From contig JAZDJN010000033.1 in the NCBI GenBank assembly GCA_043803945.1, forward strand, positions 1 through 64,000: a stretch of DNA of 64,000 bases, written 5' to 3'. Shown piece by piece: positions 60,239 to 64,000 of the stretch; position 1 is the first letter of the stretch, and the number at the start of each line of letters is the position of its first letter. The stretch is from a bacterium. Its GTDB lineage: Bacteria; Bacteroidota; Ignavibacteria; UBA10030. The translations under genes were made by a program, and so were the position numbers. The notes beneath the pieces are model-generated. The model ran no database searches. It had not been told where the DNA came from and saw only the letters and a list, made by a program, of their open reading frames with translations.

Positions 60239-61872
60239 TTCAAAACCTCAAAACCAAACCGTGCAAAGATACCTTTCAAGCCAGCATCAATGTTGGCACT
60301 CTCCCGCTCAAGAACTTTGAGTTCTTCAAGCAGGACAAGTATTTCACGGTATTCTTCTGCTGCTTCTGTTTCAATATATCGTGAAGGACTAAGGTTATAG
60401 TCATTTTTGACCGCTTCTTCAATGGATATAACTTTTGTGAATCGGTCAATGCTCTTAAAATCGTGATATGCTTTCGCAATCTTATGTATCTTCTCATCAG
60501 GAAGGAAATTCTTGGGTCTTCCCTTCTCGAATTCCTGAGAAGCGTTGATGAGAATTATTTTATCCCTCCTCTCTTTAGGCTTATTCTTGTTCAACATCAA
60601 GATGATACCTGCCGCTGTGGTATTGTAGAAAAGGTTATCAGGTAGCAGAAGAACAGCATCAATCAAATCGGCATCTACAAACGCCTTCCGAATGTCCTTC
60701 TCCTTGTTTGAACCTTGACTTCCTGAACCTCTTGAAACAGCCCCTGTGTCGAGTACAACTGCCATCCTTCCCTTCTTATTCAGGGAAGCGTCCATTAACT
60801 GAACCCAGCCCCAATCAGCAGAACTGGCCGGTGGGTATCCTCTTTTGAATCGCTCATAAGTATCATTCTCGTAGAAATCAGAATCATAGCCATCCTGGTT
60901 CCACATTGGATTGGCAGTTACAATATCAAAGGTCTTGAGTGAGCTACCGTCCAGAAGCTTGGGATTCCTCATTGTATCACCAATAGTAATCGAGCCTTCC
61001 ATATCGTGGATAATTGTGTTCATCTTTGCCATTGCGTAGGTAACGTGGTTTTGCTCCTGGCCGTAGAGTTGGAGTGGTTTTGATACCTTCTTGCCATTCA
61101 TTTTTTCAATGAGAGCAAGTTCGCATTTAATGAGGAGCCCGGCAGTACCACAAGCTGGGTCATAGACTGTCTCTCCTTGTTGAGGGTCGAGGATATAAGC
61201 CATCAGCCATCCAACTTCTTTTGGTGTCAAGAACTCACCAGCGCTCTGCCCCTGTCCTTCTGCAAATTTCCGGAGGAGGTAATCGTACGCTCTTCCAAGA
61301 ATGTCAGGTTCACAATCAGCCAATCCAAGTCTCTGCTTGCTGATAATTTCAATAAGCGTACTGAGCTTTCCATCATCGATGATTCTCTGTCCGCTTACGG
61401 TAGCATTGAAGTCTACGATGTCAATGACACCTTGAAGTCCTGGATTCTCCTTTGCGATTGCCCTCATTGCTTCTGTTAACTTCTCACCGACCTTAGAGGT
61501 CAATTTCCGAATCTGAGGCCATAGTGCTTTGTCCGGAATGTAGAATCGAACCAGTGAGTGGTCTTTAGCTATCAATTCCTTTGCAGTCTCTTCATCTCCA
61601 AACTTCTCTGCGACACGCTTTACTTCATCTTCAAAAACATCAGAAAGGCGTTTTACGAAGATAAGCGGTAAGATGTAGTCTTTGAATTTGGGTGCGTCCA
61701 CTGCCCCACGGATTGAGCAGGCAGCTTCCCACAGCCAACCTTCGAGAGTTTTTACATCAAGCTGGCTCGTTGTGCAGTTCTTATTTTCATATTTAATTTG
61801 TATCCGCTTTGATTTTAGTTTTCTCAATTCGGTAACTCTTTTCTTTTTAGGATTATGACTTCTCTTAGACAT
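60235..61872 (-). CDS. hsdM: Type I restriction-modification N6-adenine methyltransferase
   Basis: LWEAA..IRG, GEFLTP, YDPACGTAG, ANPMW, NLFYNT, YNLSPSRY. Confidence 0.96.
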   Translation of the reverse strand: MSKRSHNPKKKRVTELRKLKSKRIQIKYENKNCTTSQLDVKTLEGWLWEAACSIRGAVDAPKFKDYILPLIFVKRLSDVFEDEVKRVAEKFGDEETAKELIAKDHSLVRFYIPDKALWPQIRKLTSKVGEKLTEAMRAIAKENPGLQGVIDIVDFNATVSGQRIIDDGKLSTLIEIISKQRLGLADCEPDILGRAYDYLLRKFAEGQGQSAGEFLTPKEVGWLMAYILDPQQGETVYDPACGTAGLLIKCELALIEKMNGKKVSKPLQLYGQEQNHVTYAMAKMNTIIHDMEGSITIGDTMRNPKLLDGSSLKTFDIVTANPMWNQDGYDSDFYENDTYERFKRGYPPASSADWGWVQLMDASLNKKGRMAVVLDTGAVSRGSGSQGSNKEKDIRKAFVDADLIDAVLLLPDNLFYNTTAAGIILMLNKNKPKERRDKIILINASQEFEKGRPKNFLPDEKIHKIAKAYHDFKSIDRFTKVISIEEAVKNDYNLSPSRYIETEAAEEYREILVLLEELKVLERESANIDAGLKGIFARFGFEVLK

Positions 61873-61887
61873 CGAGATCTTTCATGA

Positions 61888-62940
61888 TTAAGATTTTAAT
61901 ACGAAAAGATTATCACAATCTTTGTTCATACACTTGTATGTAGAATTATTATTCTTTGATAATAATCGCGATTCCATTGAATCATTTTTATATTCTATAT
62001 ATTCAGTAGCAGAAGAATCTGCTATTCTAATAGTTGATGACCCAATCGAACCTGAGCTCGACTCAATAAGAGAATAATAATCCTGAGTATTGTATTGTCC
62101 TTGCCTAATTTCAATTGACCACCAACTACACTTTGGACATAGAATATCGTCCTGACCTGATGAATAATCAATTTCAACTTCATGCCGTTTTAATATCTTG
62201 GAGAGCTCAAGGATTAAATATTTATGTGTTTCGTTAAACACATCCTCGCAAAAGGTTATTCCCCTATCTAATTTTATCGTAGTCTCTTCCCAATCGCGGA
62301 CAATATGTTGTTGAGACCAAACAATCTTCCCTGGATAACTTTTGGGTACAAGATATTTTTGAGCGACTTTCTGTGAAGCGAACCTGGAGAAATGTGCAAT
62401 ATCATTTCTAAAAGCCAATATTTCATTCCACATTTGGTCAATCATTACTTGTAGTTCTCTGGGTACTCTATTCCATATAACTTTGTAAGCAGGTGTTGAT
62501 ATTTTTATATTTTCATCCAAAGAATCAAGTTTCATAAGTATGGAATGCCATAGTAAAATCAGCTCCTGCCATGCAACACCCAGATGTAAGAATGCAGATT
62601 CGAATAATTGCCAGTGAATAAAATGTCTTTCTCTAACATCCTTTATTTTTATCGAATCGACAAGATAAGAATACAAACGATGAGAGGCTGCGAGTTGACA
62701 GAAACATGAATAATGAGCCATGCAAATTAGCTCATGTATTCTTGATACTTCTTCAGCCTTTTTCATGTTATTAAACTTGTGATTAATAGCGTAAGGAAGT
62801 AGATAGCCTGTAGATTTTTTAATTCGAACTCCGATATATGATTCCCAAAAGACAGAATAAAGTGGGAAATGCTCCAATATTTGTTTGTAAAATAATTGCT
62901 CGGTGACATCTCGTGTTTGATTAGGGAATTTACATCTCAT
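61888..62940 (-). CDS. HEPN-like protein with split C-terminal Zn ribbon (candidate RNase)
   Basis: Helical N-terminal region with RNDIAH (R-x4-H); CPKC and CMNKDC pairs near the C-terminus; stop 15 bp before hsdM. Confidence 0.6.
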   Translation of the reverse strand: MRCKFPNQTRDVTEQLFYKQILEHFPLYSVFWESYIGVRIKKSTGYLLPYAINHKFNNMKKAEEVSRIHELICMAHYSCFCQLAASHRLYSYLVDSIKIKDVRERHFIHWQLFESAFLHLGVAWQELILLWHSILMKLDSLDENIKISTPAYKVIWNRVPRELQVMIDQMWNEILAFRNDIAHFSRFASQKVAQKYLVPKSYPGKIVWSQQHIVRDWEETTIKLDRGITFCEDVFNETHKYLILELSKILKRHEVEIDYSSGQDDILCPKCSWWSIEIRQGQYNTQDYYSLIESSSGSIGSSTIRIADSSATEYIEYKNDSMESRLLSKNNNSTYKCMNKDCDNLFVLKS

Positions 62941-63042
62941 TAGGATAATCCTTGAGATACATACGATGGAGGGCAGAAATAATCATGAGGTAAATCATTT
63001 TGCCTGATAAACAAATTTCAATATTTATCAGACTGCAAAATC

Positions 63043-63795
63043 TTAATTGGAAAGAATATCTAACAGCTTATCCTTATGTTCCCAACTAAGAATTTCTGAA
63101 AAGTTGCCAAGCAATTTCAATGTCTGCGGCGCCCATTTGTCTTCCGGATTAATAATACTTATCCAGTTGCCCGACTTCCTCATTTCTTTCACATCATAAT
63201 AACTGAATCCGAGCTTAATAGTTTTATTTTGAAGATTGGAACCAGATAAAACATTTACAAATTTTTCTTTGCTTTCAGTTTTGCGATAAAAATCTACTTT
63301 GTGAATGGTTGTCTTACCAAGAAGTTTATAATTATTCACCACATCAAGCTGTTTTTCTTTGAAATATACCTCTACAGCAAATCGTAAAATATCTGAAGTG
63401 CTAACCTGGTGTAAAAAGACCATATCGTTTATCGACTTCAGCGCATTAATCAGGTCAATCATCCCGTCGCCGATTTGGTCATAGACGCTATCTTTAAATA
63501 GCACCCAACCGGAGTACTCCACTGAATAGGACCTACAAATATCCTGTAATAAGCTGAGACGATGTTCATTATCGAATATTTTAACACCACGTGAGAATAA
63601 TGATTGCAATGTTTCTCCATTATCGTGCAATCTTACTTTATTCTCAGGTCCCTGTTGAGCGAATATTGTTATGCTAACACCATTGGAGTGTAAATAAGGT
63701 GTTAATATGGCACATTGTTCACCTACTCTTAATATTTCTGAGTGTTGCCGCACTGCAGATAAGTACATCTCTAAAATTGCATTGCAGTCATTCAT
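63043..63795 (-). CDS. DUF1828/DUF1829-like protein
   Basis: ILTPYL…I.I……V.L.DNGETL N-domain; C-domain G.T..HKVDF resembling a restriction-endonuclease-like fold. Confidence 0.75.
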   Translation of the reverse strand: MNDCNAILEMYLSAVRQHSEILRVGEQCAILTPYLHSNGVSITIFAQQGPENKVRLHDNGETLQSLFSRGVKIFDNEHRLSLLQDICRSYSVEYSGWVLFKDSVYDQIGDGMIDLINALKSINDMVFLHQVSTSDILRFAVEVYFKEKQLDVVNNYKLLGKTTIHKVDFYRKTESKEKFVNVLSGSNLQNKTIKLGFSYYDVKEMRKSGNWISIINPEDKWAPQTLKLLGNFSEILSWEHKDKLLDILSN

Positions 63796-64000
63796 TGTTT
63801 AGTCCTAATGATAATTGTTCTGGAAATCTTATATTCCACTTATTTAGAATATAACTGATTTGTTGAGAAGGCGGAATATGTTCTATATTACCCTCCCCTA
63901 CGATGTAGTTATCACCATATTGGTCATGCCAAATATGTTCATGCCAACCATTAATCCTACCACCTTGCGCAGCAAAACGAGCAACGTGCCAATCTATTCC
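63788..64000 (-). CDS. DUF6978-like protein, C-terminal part (partial)
   Basis: Hand translation GIDWHVARFAAQGGRINGWHEHIWHDQYGDNY…ILNKWNIRFPEQLSLGLNNE*; HxH motif; 8-bp overlap with the DUF1828 gene. Not in ORF track. Confidence 0.6.
   Translation of the reverse strand, partial: GIDWHVARFAAQGGRINGWHEHIWHDQYGDNYIVGEGNIEHIPPSQQISYILNKWNIRFPEQLSLGLNNE

Noticed and set aside
793-61479. Many short ORFs in the track overlapping long genes (e.g. 2297-2779, 3739-4134, 7166-7738, 39692-40159, 43725-44240, 56421-56906)
   Set aside because: Antisense or off-frame shadows of well-supported genes, with no recognisable motifs.
1-64000. CRISPR array, rRNA or long tandem repeat array
   Set aside because: No regularly spaced repeats, cas genes or rRNA-like sequence noticed by eye.

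Overview
Mostly core chromosome of a bacterium that looks like Ignavibacteria or a related Bacteroidota-Chlorobi lineage. This is inferred from gene content, canonical sigma70 promoters and Shine-Dalgarno use, and is not proven. Position 1-196 is the left end of an IS4-family (IS50-like) element that the ORF track missed. The core region holds a glycoside hydrolase, a Zn-metalloprotease, glgB, nadD, a small flippase/methyltransferase/GT4 cluster, a degenerate trpF, truA, mtaB, rpsA-ispH-cmk, mtgA-ruvX-rel, der, tRNA-Pro(CGG), miaA, pcm and folP. It continues with an Rrf2-sufBCDSUT-sod operon carrying an IscR-type operator, an ABC exporter, bshA, pcrA/uvrD, a large outer-membrane protein and tRNA-Leu(CAA). 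From about 53.7 kb to the window end lies a co-oriented accessory/defence island. In transcription order it contains a DUF6978-like gene (partial), a DUF1828/1829-like gene, a HEPN-like protein with a split Zn ribbon, hsdM, hsdS, a Schlafen/AlbA_2-HATPase-wHTH gene in the prrC position, hsdR and a short YgjP-like protein. It ends in a terminator/antiterminator-like RNA element in front of a 57-aa ORF. This island is the best candidate for an undescribed system. All family names come from motif recognition by eye; no database searches were run.
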